A stretch of 64,000 bases of DNA, taken from the NCBI GenBank assembly GCA_030390025.1, contig CM059432.1:40302001-40366000 (forward strand), read 5' to 3'. Shown in pieces: positions 1 to 12,996 of the stretch. The position numbers were made by a program, and so were the translations under genes. The stretch's first letter is position 1. Every line of letters begins with the position of its first letter. The notes under the pieces were generated by a model. It ran no database searches, was not told the DNA's origin, and saw only the letters and a list, made by a program, of their open reading frames with translations. Source of the stretch: Squalus acanthias. Lineage: Eukaryota.

Positions 1-707
1 TTGCGGCTTAGGTGTGTACAATGAAGTCCTGGGAGTGGGGGGAGCTTACACAAAGTTCAAATCCATACCCTAGGGCCTATAAATTCAAACCGGTCAAATC
101 AGCAAATAAGAAATAAGCATAAATAGGATTGAAAGGCCTAGGCTTTGTGGGCTGGGTTGCTGGGGCTCATGAGCTGCATGTGGTTTTCGGGCCATTGTGA
201 ATCTGGTAGGCAGAATAGCGGAAGTGACGGAAATGATGAAAGTAAGGTGAAGCCTCTGGATTTGGAGACAATGCGGGAATCTTGGAAACGCAGAGCTTCT
301 GGACATTGTGAAGGCATGGAAATTCTTGGACCAGCTCAGACTGAGTGGGCTGATGTTTACGACCTGGAGCTGATGGATGGATCTTAAGAGATTTGAATAG
401 GAAAGGAAGGAATCTTAAATGTGAAGCAGGCTGGTCAAAGGGGGAAAAATTCTAGAAACCAGGAGCTTCTGGGTACTGCAGAGATGGCAGAATTTTCACT
501 GACCCAGGGGTGGGGGATCTCTGATATAAAGCAAGGGGGGTGGGGGCAGCCATCTTTTTTAATATAAAACACTTGGCGAATGGTATGTGAAAACATTGTC
601 AGCAGCTCCTTCAGAGTTCTGAAATATCAGCATCTAAATGCTATCCTAGGAATTCTGATACGTCATCTGCTGTCTTTATAACTTACTTTAAATGTTTTTA
701 TTTGTAG

Positions 708-843
708 CTGGGGAAACTCTGAAGATGTGTGGTCTAATATGTTGAAAAAGGAAATCAAGTATACCCACGACAAAAATGTCCTCTCGCTACACCCGTCCTT
801 GCAGCCAAAAATGAGAGCAATTTTACTGGATTGGCTGATAGAG
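708..843 (+). CDS. CCNE2: Cyclin E2 internal exon (start of cyclin box)
   Basis: tttgtag|c...gag|gttagt; translates [45 protein letters not shown] with the cyclin MRAIL motif; 136 bp. Earlier exons lie upstream of the window. Confidence 0.93.
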
Positions 844-1039
844 GTTAGTCATCATTACAAACCCTTATGTGCAGACGTTGCTATATAATCGTCACTTGAT
901 CCTGGACCAGAATCCTTCAGCATTCTTAGCTGCCTAAAGCTAAAAGCCTAAGTAACTCTGATATAACAAGTGTATTGCTGCACTTGTTTTAACAAAGCCT
1001 GGATTTAAGGAATCAAGCTTCTGCCTTCAGGAGTTTAAG

Positions 1040-4000
1040 AACATTAGAAATAGGAGCTGGAGTAGGCCATTTGGCCCTTCGAGCCTGCTCCGCCATTCAG
1101 TAAGATCATGGCTGATCTTCTACCTCATCTGCATGATCCCCATATCCCTTGATTCTCTTAATATTCAAAAATCTATCGATCTCTGTCTTGACTATACTCA
1201 ACAACTGAGTCTCCACAGCCCTCTGGGGTAGAGAATTCCAAAGTTTCACCATCCTCTGAGTGAAGAAATTTCTCCTCATTGCAGTCCTACATGGCTGACC
1301 CTTCATTCTGAGACTGTGACCCCTGGTTCTAGACTCCCCAGCCAGGGGAAAACATCCTCCCTGCATCTACCCTGTCAAGCCCTGTAAGCATTTTGTATGT
1401 TTCAATGCGATCACCTCTCATTCTTCTAAACTTTAGGCCTAGTCTACTCAATCTCTCCTTGTAGGACAATCCCCCCATCCCAGAAACCAGTATGGTGAAT
1501 CTTCGTTGCACTCCCTCTGTGGGTAAGGAGAGCAAAACTGTACACCATACTCCAGGTGTGGTCTCACCAGGGCCCTATATAATTGCAGTAAGATGTCTTT
1601 ACTCTTATACTCAAATCCTCTTGTAATAAAGGCCAACATACCATTTGCTTTCCTAATTGCTTGCTGTACCTCCATGTTAACTTTCAGTGATTTGTGTACA
1701 AGGACACCCAGGTCCCTCTGAACACCAACATTTCCCAATCTCTCACCATTTAAAAAATTATTTGCTTTTCTATTTTTCCTACCAAAATGGATAACTTCAC
1801 ATTTCTCCACATTATATTCCATTAGCCTGTCTATATCCCCTTGAAGCCTCTTTACATCCTCCTCGCAACTTACATTCCCACCCAGCTTTGTATCATCAGC
1901 AAACTTGGATGTATTACATTTGGTCCCCTCATCCAAATCACTGATGTAGATTGTGAATAGCTGAGGCCCAAGCACTGATCCTTGCGGTACCCCACTAGAT
2001 ACAGCCTGCCAACCCGAAAATGACTCGTTTATTCCTACTCTCTGTTTTCTGTTCGTTAACCAATCCTCAATCCATGCTAGTATATTACCCCCAATCCTAT
2101 GAGCCCTAATTTTGTTTAATAACCTCTTGTGTGGCACCTTATCGAATGCCTTCTGAAAATCCAAATACGCTACATCCACTGGATCCCTTATCTATTCTGC
2201 TAGTTACAACCTTAAAATATTCTAACAGATTTGTCAAACACGATTTCCCTTTCATAAATCTGTGTTGACTGCCCAATCCTATTATTATTTTCTAAGTGCC
2301 CTGTTACCAAGTCCTTAATAATAGATTCTAGCATTTTCCCTACTACTGATGTCAGGCTAACTGGTCTGTAGTTCCCCATTTTCTCTCTCCCTCCTTTCTT
2401 AAATAGTGGGGTTACATTTGCTAGCTTCCAATCCACGGGAACCGTTCCAGAATCTATGGAATTTTGGAAAATGACAACCAATGCATCCAGTATCTCAGTA
2501 ATGCATCTAGCCACCTCTTTCAAAACCCTAGGATGTAGGTCCAGGGGATTTATCGGCTTTCAGTGCCATTAATTTCTCCAGTACTTTTTTTTACTAATAC
2601 TAATTTCTTTCAGTTCCTCAGTCTCGCTAGACCCTTGGTTCGCCACTATTTCTGGGAATTTTTTTGCGTCTTCTTCCGTGAAGACAGACACAAAGTATTT
2701 GTTTAATTTCTCTGCCATTTCCTTATTCCCCATTATAATTTCTCCTGTCTCGGCCTGTAAGGGACCCACATTTACTTTCGCAAATCTTTTCCTTTTTACG
2801 TACCTATAGCAGCGTTTACAGTCTTTTTATGTCTCTCGCTAATTTACTCTCATATTCTATTTTCCCTTTCTTTATCAATTTCTTGGTCCTCCTTTGCTGA
2901 ATTCTAAAATCCTCCGAGTCCTCAGGCTTACTATTTTTGGCAACATTATAAGCTTCTTCCTTTGATCTAAAACTATCTTTAACTTCTCCTGTTAGCCATG
3001 GTTGGGCCACTTTTCTTGTGGGGTTTTTGTGCGTTAAAGGAATGTATATTTGTTGTAAATTATGTATTAATTCTTTAAATGCTAGCCATTGCTTGTTTAC
3101 TGTCATACCTTTTAATGTAGTTTCCCAATCTACCGTAGCCAACTCGCCCTCATACCTACGTAGTTTGCTTTGTTTAGATTTAAGACCCTAGTTTTGGATT
3201 TAACTAAATCACTTTCAAACTCAATATAAAATTCTATCATATTATTGTCACTCATCCCTAAAGGCCCCTTTACTACAAGGTTATTAATTAACCCTTTCTC
3301 ATTGCACAATACTAGATCTAAAATAACCTGTTCCCTAGTTGGTTCCTCAACATACTGATCTAGAAAACTATCTTGCGTACAATGCAATAATTCGTCCTCC
3401 TCACTATTACTGCAAATTTGGTTTGCCCAGTCTATATGTAGATTAAAGTCCCCCATAATTACTGTATTATCCTTGTTATATGCGCCTCTAACTTCCTGAT
3501 TTATACTCTACCCAACATTACAACTACTGTTTGGGGGCCTATAAACAACTCCCACCAATGTTTTCTGCCCCTTGCTGTTTCTTAGCTCCACCCAAACTGA
3601 TTCTACTTCTTGATTTTCAGAGCTAAGATCCTTTCTCTCTACTGTTTTTATCCCATCTTTTATTATCAGGACTACCCCTCCTCCTTTTCTATTTTGCCTA
3701 TCTCTTCTAAAAGTTAAGTATCCTGGAATATTTAGTTCCCAACCGTGGCCACTTTGCAACCACGTCTCAGTTATGGCTATTGGATCAAACCTGTTAATTT
3801 CTATCTATGCTATTAATTCATCTATTTTGTTGTGAATGCTTTGCGCATTCAGATATAGAAACATAGAAGATAGGAGCAGGAGTAGGCCATTCGGCCCCTC
3901 GAGCCTGCTCCGCCATTCGATGAGATCATGGCTGATCATCCAAACTCAGTACCCTGTACCTGCCTTCTCCCCATATCCCTTGATACCTTTAGCTTTAAGA

Positions 4001-5525
4001 AATATATCTAACTCATTCTTGAATATATTTAATGACTTGACCTCAGCTACCTTCTGTGGTAGAGAATTCCACAGGTTCACCACTCTCTGGGTGAAGAAAT
4101 TCTTCCTCATTTCTGTCCTAAATGGCTTACCCGTTATCCTTAGATTATGACCCCTGGTTCTGGACTCTCCGACCATCGGGAACATTCTTCCTGCATCTAG
4201 TTTGTCCAGACCTGTCAGAATTTTATATGTTTCGATGAGATCCCCTCTCATTCTTCGATACTCCAGTGAGTATAAGCCCAATCGACCCAATCTCTCCTCA
4301 TATGTCATTCCTGCCATCCCAGGTATCAGCCTTGTGAATCTTCGCTGAACTCCTTCCATGGCAAGGACATCCTTCCTCAGATAAGGCGACTAAAACTGCA
4401 CACAGTACTCAAGGTGTGGTCTCACCAAGGCCCTGTACAACTGCAGCAGGACATCCCTGTTCCTATACTCAAACCCTTTATAATAATATAGTGCCTTTAG
4501 CTTTGACTTATTTCTATTTTTCTCTGATGTCACCTTAGTCACTGATGCCTTATTAGCTTTGTTACTCTCTGTCCCTTCCTGACCCATTCTGCTTATTTTT
4601 ACCCAAAACTCTACTCTGCCCTAGAGCCTAGACATTTCTCTCGCTGCTTTTAAATTTACTCTTTCCTGAATCCTCCCACACCCCACCCCCCCTCCCCTTC
4701 ATTAGTTTAAAGCCCTGTCTACTGCCCTAGTTATTCGGTTTGCCAGGACACTGGTCCCAGCCCGGTTTAAGTGGAGCCCGTCCCAACGGAAGAGCTCCCT
4801 CTTTCCCCAGTACTGGTGCCAGTGCCCCATGAACTGAAACCCCTTCCTCCCACACCACTCTTTGAGCCACGCATTTAAACCTCTAATCTGTTTGTCCCTA
4901 CGCCAATTTGCGTGTGGCTCAGGTAACAATCCAGAGATTGTTACCTTTTGAGGTTCTGCTTTTTAATTTGGATCCTTGGTCCTCAAACTCCCTCAGCAGA
5001 ACGTCATTCCTAGTTCTACCTATGTTGTTGGTTCCTACGTGGACCACGACAACTGGATCCTCCCCCCTCCCACTCCAAGTTCTTCTCCAGCCGCGAGGAG
5101 ATATCTTTAACCCTGGCGCCGGGCAGGCAACACAACTTTCGGAACTCTTGGTCGCAGCTGCAGAGAACAGTATCTATCCCCTGACTATACTGTCCCCTAC
5201 CACAACTACATTCCCTTTCACTCCCCCCACTTGAATGGCCTCCTGCACCATGGTGCCGTGGTCAGCTTGCTCATCCATCCTGCAGGCTTTTCCCTCCTCC
5301 ACACAGGCAGCAAGAACCTCATACCTGTTGGACAAGGACAAAGGCTGAGGCTCCTCCAGCACTGCACCTGAGGTCCCCTTACCTGCCTGAGTTGCAGTCA
5401 CACCCTCCTGTCCCAGACCACTAACCAGACCTGTACCACTACCTAACCTAAGGGGTGTGACTGCCTCTTCGATCAAAGTGTCCAGGTAACTCTCCCCATC
5501 CCTGATGCCCCGCAATGTCTGAATG
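1040..5525 (-). mobile_element. Long decayed CR1 LINE (ORF1 SGNH-esterase, ORF2 APE endonuclease + RT, 3' tail)
   Basis: ORF1 fragments VVVVGDSIVRG and DGLHLNRAG; endonuclease fragments VGVVYRPP and MGDFN; RT fragments [22 protein letters not shown] and [10 protein letters not shown]; many frameshifts. Confidence 0.92.
3859..4485 (-). mobile_element. 5'-truncated CR1 nested inside the older CR1
   Basis: Second copy of the CR1 ORF2 C-terminus (ORF 3946-4359) and 3' tail, flanked by ATATAG direct repeats (3853-3858, 4486-4491). Confidence 0.9.
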
Positions 5526-5589
5526 ATGTGATATGCATTGAATGAAACCACTCTTGGAAAATGCTTTATTGTGCACTACATTTAATATG

Positions 5590-6560
5590 AAGCAGTCCAT
5601 GCCTGCATGCAGCAAGACCTGGACAACATCCAGGCTTGGGCTGATGAGTGGCAAGTAACATTCACACCACACAAGTGCCAGGCAATGACCATCTCTAACA
5701 AGAGAGTCAAACCATCTCCACTTGACATTCAATAACATTACCATCGCTGAATCCCCCACCATCAACATCCTGGGGTCATCATTGACCAGAAACTCACAGG
5801 ACCAGCCACATAAATGCCATGGCTACTATAGCAGGTCAGAGGCTGGGTATTCTGTGGAGAGTGCCTCCTGACTCCCAAAAGCCTCCCCACCACCTACAAG
5901 GCACAAGTCAGGAGTGTGACGGAATACTAAAACAAAAGGAAAATACTGCGGAAGCTGAAAATCTGAAATAAAAACAAAATGCTGCAAATACTCAGCAGGT
6001 CAGACAGCATCTGTAGAAAGAGAGAGCGCGAAACAGAGTTAACATTTCAGGATGGAATACTCTCCACTTGCTTGGAGGAGTGCAGCTGCAACAACACTCA
6101 AGAAGCTTGAGACCATCCAGGGAAAAGCAGTCTGCTTGATCAGCACCCCACCCACCACCTTAAACATCCACTCCTGCACTGCCCGCAGCATGGCTGCAGT
6201 GTGTACTATCTAGAGAATGCACTGCAGTAATACGCCATGGGTTCTTCGATAGCATCTCCTAAATCCGCAACCTCTACCACCTAGAAGAACAAGGGTAGCG
6301 GGTACATGGGAACACCACCACCTCCAAGTTCTCCTCCCTAGTCGCACATCATCCTTGCTTGGAAATATATCGCCGTTCCTTCATCGTCGCTGGGTCAAAA
6401 TCCTGGAACTCCCTACCTAACAGCACTGTGGGAGTACCTTCACCACACGGACTGCAGCGGTTCAAGAAGGCGGCTCATCACCACCTTCTCGAGGGCAACT
6501 AGGTATGAGCTGTAAATACTGGCCTTGCTAGTGACACACTCCTATCTCAAGAATTAATTT
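5590..6560 (+). mobile_element. HER1-like LINE 3' fragment (elasmobranch CR1-group LINE sharing its tail with HE1 SINE)
   Basis: Same sequence as the copy at 59600-60612; tail ggactgcagcggttcaagaaggcggctca...ggccttgc shared with the SINE at 43194. Confidence 0.75.
5929..6050 (-). mobile_element. Penelope-like element terminal fragment inserted in the HER1-like LINE
   Basis: Matches PLE termini at 30620-30695 and 48570-48680; flanked by GAYGGAATACT duplication (5918-5928, 6051-6061). Confidence 0.8.
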
Positions 6561-7132
6561 TTTTTAAAGTGTCCAGATACAAGGTTTCCATGGCTCGTCC
6601 CAGCTGTAACTGCTCAGCTCGGTTCTTGGCGTTGATATTTAGATTCAAGATGAGAATTTGCGCCAGTTTAATATTTTTCTATAATGTGGGGAGAAGGAAA
6701 GAAAATAGAGTTGGGCTACGTTGAAACCTGACCTGACTCAACAACACTCCAGCAGGCACTAAACCTTGATCCATCCATGTTAAATTCAGCAGCCATTACA
6801 ATTTCTATTCATTTTAACCCCATCTTATCTCACATAACTAGCAACCCTTTTAACCTACGCAGTGACTTGCCAAACATAGTTTGATGTTTCTACATTTATT
6901 TGTGCTGAATGACAGTTACATTTCTAACCATATAGTTGGATCCTCCTTCCTCCCCAATCTAGTTTCTGTGATAGCTTTCCATGACCATGGGAAAAGGGAA
7001 TATTCATCCCTTCTCTCTACTCCAGGCAGAGCAAATTTCTAGCAAGCTTTGTAACTGTATTTATTTGCTAGCTGCAAGGCCTTAATGACACTAAACAAAT
7101 GGATTTAATACTGTTAAAACTATCTTTTTTAG

Positions 7133-7279
7133 GTTTGTGAGGTGTACATGCTCCATAGAGAAACCTTTTACCTGGCGCAGGATTTTTTTGATCGGTTCAT
7201 GTTTACTCAAGAAAATATTCATAAAAGCAAGCTGCAACTCATCGGCATCTCCTCGCTCTTCATTGCTGCAAAGCTGGAG
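7133..7279 (+). CDS. CCNE2: Cyclin E2 exon
   Basis: ttttttag|...|gtaagc; [49 protein letters not shown]; 147 bp, phase 0/0. Confidence 0.95.
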
Positions 7280-8660
7280 GTAAGCACGCATCCACTGGAC
7301 TAGTGGGGAGGATAAATGTTATATTGAACAGTTTTAACCTGTCACCCTAAATCTTTGGAAGTGTGCTGCTAAACAAATTCTTAATGAACTTCATGCTTTC
7401 TGCCGTCACTTTAGCATAAAATTCTAGTAGTTCAGCTAAGTTTTTTAGAAAATATTTCAAATTGCATCTATTTTCTGATTCTGTATAATTAGCACTTTTT
7501 GTTAAGATGGAAAGCTAAGTTCAATAAAATAGATAATTCTCTTGATAGTCAAGTAGGTGAAAGCATCACTTTGTGAAACATTAAGCCACACAGAGCAGAA
7601 GATCCAGTTTTGAGTCCCAGTCTGACTGAGTTAATCTCTGAGTCACTGTAATTAGGCTCCTTGCCTCTGTGTGCTAGGAGGGGGAGGGGCAGGGTTTCCT
7701 GGGCACTTTCCAATGAACCCTGCAAGAAAGTGAGTCTGAATGATGGTGAGAACAGAATAACTGACTGAAATGGCCCACCACTATAGTCGAATATTTTGCC
7801 AAGACATTGCCCGGAATTTTAATTTGGAGGTGGGTAGGGGGAGGGGGGCTGCTGGAATGCGGTCGGGAGAACGGGTTACCTCCTGATTAGCATTTTGATT
7901 CTGTTTGGCCCACAGCCAGCCAGTTGGAAAGGCTGGCTGTTGGCCGGGTAGGCCTGCAGCACCAAGCTGCAAGGGGGTGGGGTGGGGGGCCGAAGGCTGG
8001 AGGGGGATTGGAGATCAGAGGCCTCAGGGGATTGGGGGGGTGGAGAGGTGGTTTGTTGGCAAGGCAGGAATGCTGGATCCAGCAGGTAAGTGGAAAGGCA
8101 CTTCCCTCCTGAATCCAGCAGTCTCGCCTTCCTATAGCTGCCGGGTTCCCCAAGGCCTGGGAAACCCGGCCAGCCAGAGTTAAATTTAAAATGGAGCTTC
8201 CAAATGAGGCACGAGGTCTCATTATATTTAAAATGCCAACCAACCTCCTGGGAGCGGGTTGGTTGCCCAACTTTGGGCGTGCTCCCCCCCCCCCCACCTC
8301 AGTTAAAACCGGAAGTGGGCACTTTGGGGTCAGGATTCAGATTTTTAACTCTTTAACCTCCCACCCGACCCCAACCCACCTGTTATTTGGGGTTAAAATC
8401 CCCCTTTCCCCCCCCAAACGCCCCATAGTGTCTCGGCTGATGGTGCCCATAGAACTGTAATCCAGTTAGAGTTAGTATTTTAAGTGTAGGATTGGAGAAA
8501 ATTTAAAAAGGGAAATACTGATTCTAATCGATTCATGTATTTTGCTGCATGCATTAATAAAAAAAAGAGAAATCTTTTTATAAGACTTGACCAGGAAAAC
8601 GTTTAGTTTAACATGATTGGCATGAAGTTTGGGTTTACATTTATTGACATTTTATTTCAG

Positions 8661-8756
8661 GAAATCTACCCTCCAAAATTGAATGAATTTGCATATGTCA
8701 CAGATGGTGCATGTACAGAAACTGAAATACTTGATATGGAGTTGATTATTCTAAAG
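8661..8756 (+). CDS. CCNE2: Cyclin E2 exon
   Basis: tttcag|...|gtaagc; [32 protein letters not shown]; 96 bp. Confidence 0.95.
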
Positions 8757-8904
8757 GTAAGCAGTCTGACATTGATTTTCATATTGGTCAACAGCACAGA
8801 ATAGAGTCCAGTTCTTTAAGGGCAGTGGCATCACATTTATATCTGGCCAAGTATTTATTGATGTTGATCAAGATGATTTTTTTCACTCTCTGGATGTGAC
8901 ATTG

Positions 8905-9282
8905 AAAGAAAGACTTGCATTACATTGCTCCTTTCATGACCTCCAGATGTCTCAAAGTGCTTTACAGCCATTGAATTTTTTTTGAAGGGTAGTCTCTGTT
9001 GTGATGTAGCAAACAGCAAGCTCCCACAAGCAGCAATGTGATAATGACCAGATAATTTTTTTTTGTGATGTTGATTGAGGGATAAATATTGGCCAGGACA
9101 CCAGGGATATCTCCCGTGCTCTCTTACGTCTACCTGAGAGGGCAGACGGGGCCTCGGTTTAACGGCTCATCCGAAAGACCGCACCTCTGACAGTGCAGTA
9201 CTCCCTCAGTACTTCACTGGAGTGTTAGCCTAGATTTTTTTTTTTTTGTGCGGTGCTACCCACTGAGCCACGGCTGACACTG
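8905..9282 (-). mobile_element. DeuSINE-family (SacSINE1-like) tRNA SINE
   Basis: Deu-domain-like core ctgagagggcagacggggcctcggtttaacg...tccgaaagac; same family as 34165-35522; L2-like tail. Confidence 0.7.
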
Positions 9283-9284
9283 AG

Positions 9285-9636
9285 CCATTGCTGGCACAGC
9301 TAGCATTAATTGTCCATCCTAGTTGCCCTATGAAAGTGGTGGCGGGCCTGTCTGCCACCTCACTGCAGAGGGAAGTTGAGAGTCAACCATGCTGATGTGG
9401 GACTGGAGTCGCATATATGCCAGACTGGGTAGCGGGTTTCCTTCCCTAAAGAGCATTATTGAACTAATTTGGTTTTTACGTCAATCTGCCAGATTCGTGG
9501 TCACTTTTTACTGATACCAGCATTTTATTTCCAGATAGTTTTTAACTGAATTCAAGTCTCAAACTGCCTTGGGATTTGAGCTCACCATTTTCTAGATTAC
9601 TAGTCCAGTAACATAACCACTATGCTACTGTACCCT
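9285..9636 (-). mobile_element. HE1-type SINE, decayed
   Basis: Reverse complement aligns to the copy at 43194-43608 (gtagcatagtggttatgttactggactagtaatc). Confidence 0.75.
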
Positions 9637-9879
9637 GCGTGTTATCTTTGATCCCTTGGTGTATGATCTAAATTAAACATTACGTTCTCTCCCTCTCCCC
9701 TGAACGTGCTGACTACTGCGGGGTGCGGTTTCAAGGTTGCTGGCAGCCCGTCAGTCCCTTGTCCAAGTGGTTATTTTATTTTTGTGTTGACGAAGGTGAT
9801 AAGTATTGGCAGGCTATTCAATCATGGGTGGCACCACAGCTGAGTCCAATTCTGTCTCTCCTGATGACCTGGCATATTC

Positions 9880-11252
9880 TAGCAGGCCTGGAGGATTGCA
9901 AATGTTACACCCCAGTTCAAAAAAGGGGAGAGCGATAAACCCATAGGCCAGTCAGCCTAACGTCAGTGGTGGGAAAACATTTTTAGAGACAATAATCCGG
10001 GACAAAATTAATTGGCTCTTGGAAAAGTATGGGCTAATAAATGAAAGCCCACACGGATTTGCAAATCATGTTTGACTAACTTGATTGAGTTCTTTGATGA
10101 GGTAACAGAGGGTTGATGTATATGGACTTTCAAAAGGCCTTTGATAAAGTACCACATAATAGACTTGTTCGCTAAATTAAAGCCCATGAGATTAAAGGGA
10201 CAGTGGGAGCATGGATATGAAATTGACTAAAGGGCAGAAAGCAGAGAGTAGTGGTGAACGGTTGTTTTTTAAACGGGAGGGAAATTTCCAGTGGTCATTA
10301 GGACCACTGCTCTCTTTAATATATATTAATGACCTGGACTTGAGCATACAGGGCATAATTTCAACGTTTGCAGATGACATGAAACTCGGAAATGTAGTAA
10401 ACCATGAGGAGGATAGTAACAGACTTTAGAAGGATATAGATTGGGCAGACACATGGCAGATGAAATTTAACACAGAAGTTGTGAAGTGATATATTTTGGT
10501 AGGAAGAATGAGGAGAGGCAATATAAGTTAAATGGTACAAATTTAAAAGGGTGCAGGAACATAAGGACCTGGCGGTGTACATACACAAGGCTTTGAAGAT
10601 GGCAGGACAAGTTGAGAACGCTGTTAAAAAGGCATCCGAGATCCTTAAAAATAGAGGCATAGTGTACAAAAGTAAAGAAGTTATGCTAAACCTTTATAAA
10701 ACACTGGTTAGGCCTCAGCTGGAGTATTGTGTTCTGGGCACTGCACTTTAAGAAGGATATCAAGGCCTTAGAGAGGGTGCAGAAGAGATTGACTAGAATG
10801 ATACTAGGGTTGAGAGACTTCAGTTATGTGGAGAGACTGGAGATGTTGGGGTTCTTCTTAGAGTAGAGATGGTTAAGAGGAGATTTGATAGAGGTGTTCA
10901 AAATCATGAAGGGTTTTGATAGTTTAACTAAGGACAAACTTTCCAGTGGCAGATAGGTTGGTAACCGGAGGAGACAGATTTAAGGTAACTGGCAAAAGAA
11001 CCAGAGGCGACATGAGGAAAACATTTCTTATGCAGCAAGTTGTTGTGATCTGGAATGTACTGCCTGAAAGGGTGGTGGAAGCAGATTCAATAGTAACTTC
11101 CAAAAGAATTCAATAAATACTTGAAGGGGAAAAAAGTTAGAGCTATGGGGAAAGAGCAGGGGAGTGGGACTAATTGGATAGCTCTTCCAAAGAGCTGGCA
11201 CAGGCACAACGGGCTGAATGGCCTCCTTCTGTGCTGTATCCTTCTACAATTC
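9880..11252 (+). mobile_element. CR1 LINE 3' portion (RT to tail), decayed
   Basis: Fragments IYINDLD, FADDMKLG and [13 protein letters not shown]; tail ggctgaatggcctccttctgtgctg. Confidence 0.88.
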
Positions 11253-11659
11253 CATGTAGTGGGAATATAGGTACAAACTAGATAAATGCAAGTTGAAGAC
11301 TGATGTCAGCAAGCAGGTCTTCACACAGTGATTAATACCTGGAATAGCCTTCTGAGTGAAGGCAAAAACTCTGAACCATTCAAGATGCAGTTGGATGCTG
11401 TGATGGAAGAACCATAGGAAGGGCTGAATGGCCTTCCTCATTTGTACTTGTCTTTGTGGATTGGACCATTTAACTGACTTTCAGGTAGTTGAAGAAAGCT
11501 ATTTTTTTCTTTGGAAAAAGAGGAAACTCCCCAAACCCCTGTGAGGATTTACCATCTAATCTTGCAATTGCATCAATAGAACAAAAAGTGCTGGAGAGAG
11601 GGTGCTGACAAAATAACAAATTATTAGCTTGTACTACCTGATTGTTTTTTTTCCTTTAG

Positions 11660-11794
11660 GCCTTAAATTGGGAGCTGTGTCCAGTGACTATTATTTGCTG
11701 GTTGAACCTTTATCTTCAAATAGTCTGTTTAAAAGAAATACCCAACATGTCGCTGCCTCAGTATTCTCAAGACATCTTTATACGGATTGCTCAG
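11660..11794 (+). CDS. CCNE2: Cyclin E2 exon
   Basis: cctttag|...|gtaatt; ALNWELCPVTIICWLNLYLQIVCLKEIPNMSLPQYSQDIFIRIAQ, with E2-like WELCPVT and PQYSQ; 135 bp. Confidence 0.95.
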
Positions 11795-12884
11795 GTAATT
11801 ACTTAAGTTCCAGTATTGTGAAGCAGATTACAAATCCTGAGAATGTCTCTTCGCACCCAGTAACTGCTGTGTGGACAAAATTACTTAAAACGTGAAGTTA
11901 CTACATAAATGGTTAGAAAATGATTGGCCAGAAGTTATCAATGAACACTTTGGGGAATCTTGTCGCTAGTTTTATTTAATTCTGTACTCTATTTAATTGC
12001 TTTACTTGTTGTTTTTGGTCTTTTGTACTTCATTATTACATTTCATTTGAGACTAACCAGTGCTTGATGGTTTTCCCATCTAATATACTTTTTTTTAAAC
12101 TACGCTTTTGTCGAAAATAAGTTACATTTCACTAAGCAATAGTTCAGTGATGTGGATAGCAATATCTATTGAGTGGCTTTAACTGAAGTGGTTCTGATGC
12201 TTCCAGATGGAAAATATCTTTTTCCCCCAAACTCATTTTTAGGCCTTCCAACATTGCTGTGTATTGGGCTGCAAGGTGGAGTGACTGGGTATGACTTTGC
12301 TGCACTCTCTCTGTAGCCTCCGCCAGCCCTAGATCCAGTTTGACTCTGATCTTTTAAATCTGAATCCTTCCCTTTCCTCCCCCACCTGGCTTCACCATCA
12401 ATGGCAGAGCCTGGACATATCATAGCCATATGCTGTGGAATCCCCACCCCACCCCACCTTCAAAGGTCTCCTCAAAGTCCATCTCTTCAAACGTGCCTAT
12501 GCTCACCTCCCTCAATTTTCTCTCCGTTCTTGCTCTGCGCCCATTATACCCCATCCCTTTTCTGAAGCATCGTGGGGCGTTTCACTGTTATAAGTTGTTG
12601 ATGACTTTTTATTGGATAATTACTTTTCTCTCCATTTATGGAAAATCCTACTCTCCAATTGATATCCCACCTTCAATCAGGAGCGTTTTAAGAGATTTGC
12701 TGGTGATAACACTGTTGCAATGATATCCATTATTTTTTTAACTTTGTTGATCTTAATTTAGAACCAAGACACCAAAATGCACTACATGGTCTACTGCTGT
12801 TTTAAAGTGCAGGTTTTGTAAAAAGTTCTACATTAATAGTGCAAATCTTGTTGCTCATTATCTTTTTGAACTTTTTTTGTACAG

Positions 12885-12996
12885 CTTTTAGATCTGTGTA
12901 TCCTTGATGTTGAGAGTTTGAGTTTCTCGTATGGGGTGTTGACGGCTGCTGCTGTGTGCTACTACACTTCTATAGAAGATACTTTTAAAGCTTCAG
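12885..12996 (+). CDS. CCNE2: Cyclin E2 exon
   Basis: ttgtacag|...|gtatgg; LLDLCILDVESLSFSYGVLTAAAVCYYTSIEDTFKAS(G); 112 bp. Confidence 0.94.

Noticed and set aside
1448..2179. 243-aa reverse transcriptase ORF as an active or domesticated gene
   Set aside because: It is a fragment of a multiply frameshifted CR1 ORF2.
7810..8404. GC-rich block with several overlapping ORFs and G/C runs
   Set aside because: No recognisable protein. Weak TIR-like ends (ggaattttaa / ttaaaatcc) suggest a decayed MITE, but no TSD could be confirmed.
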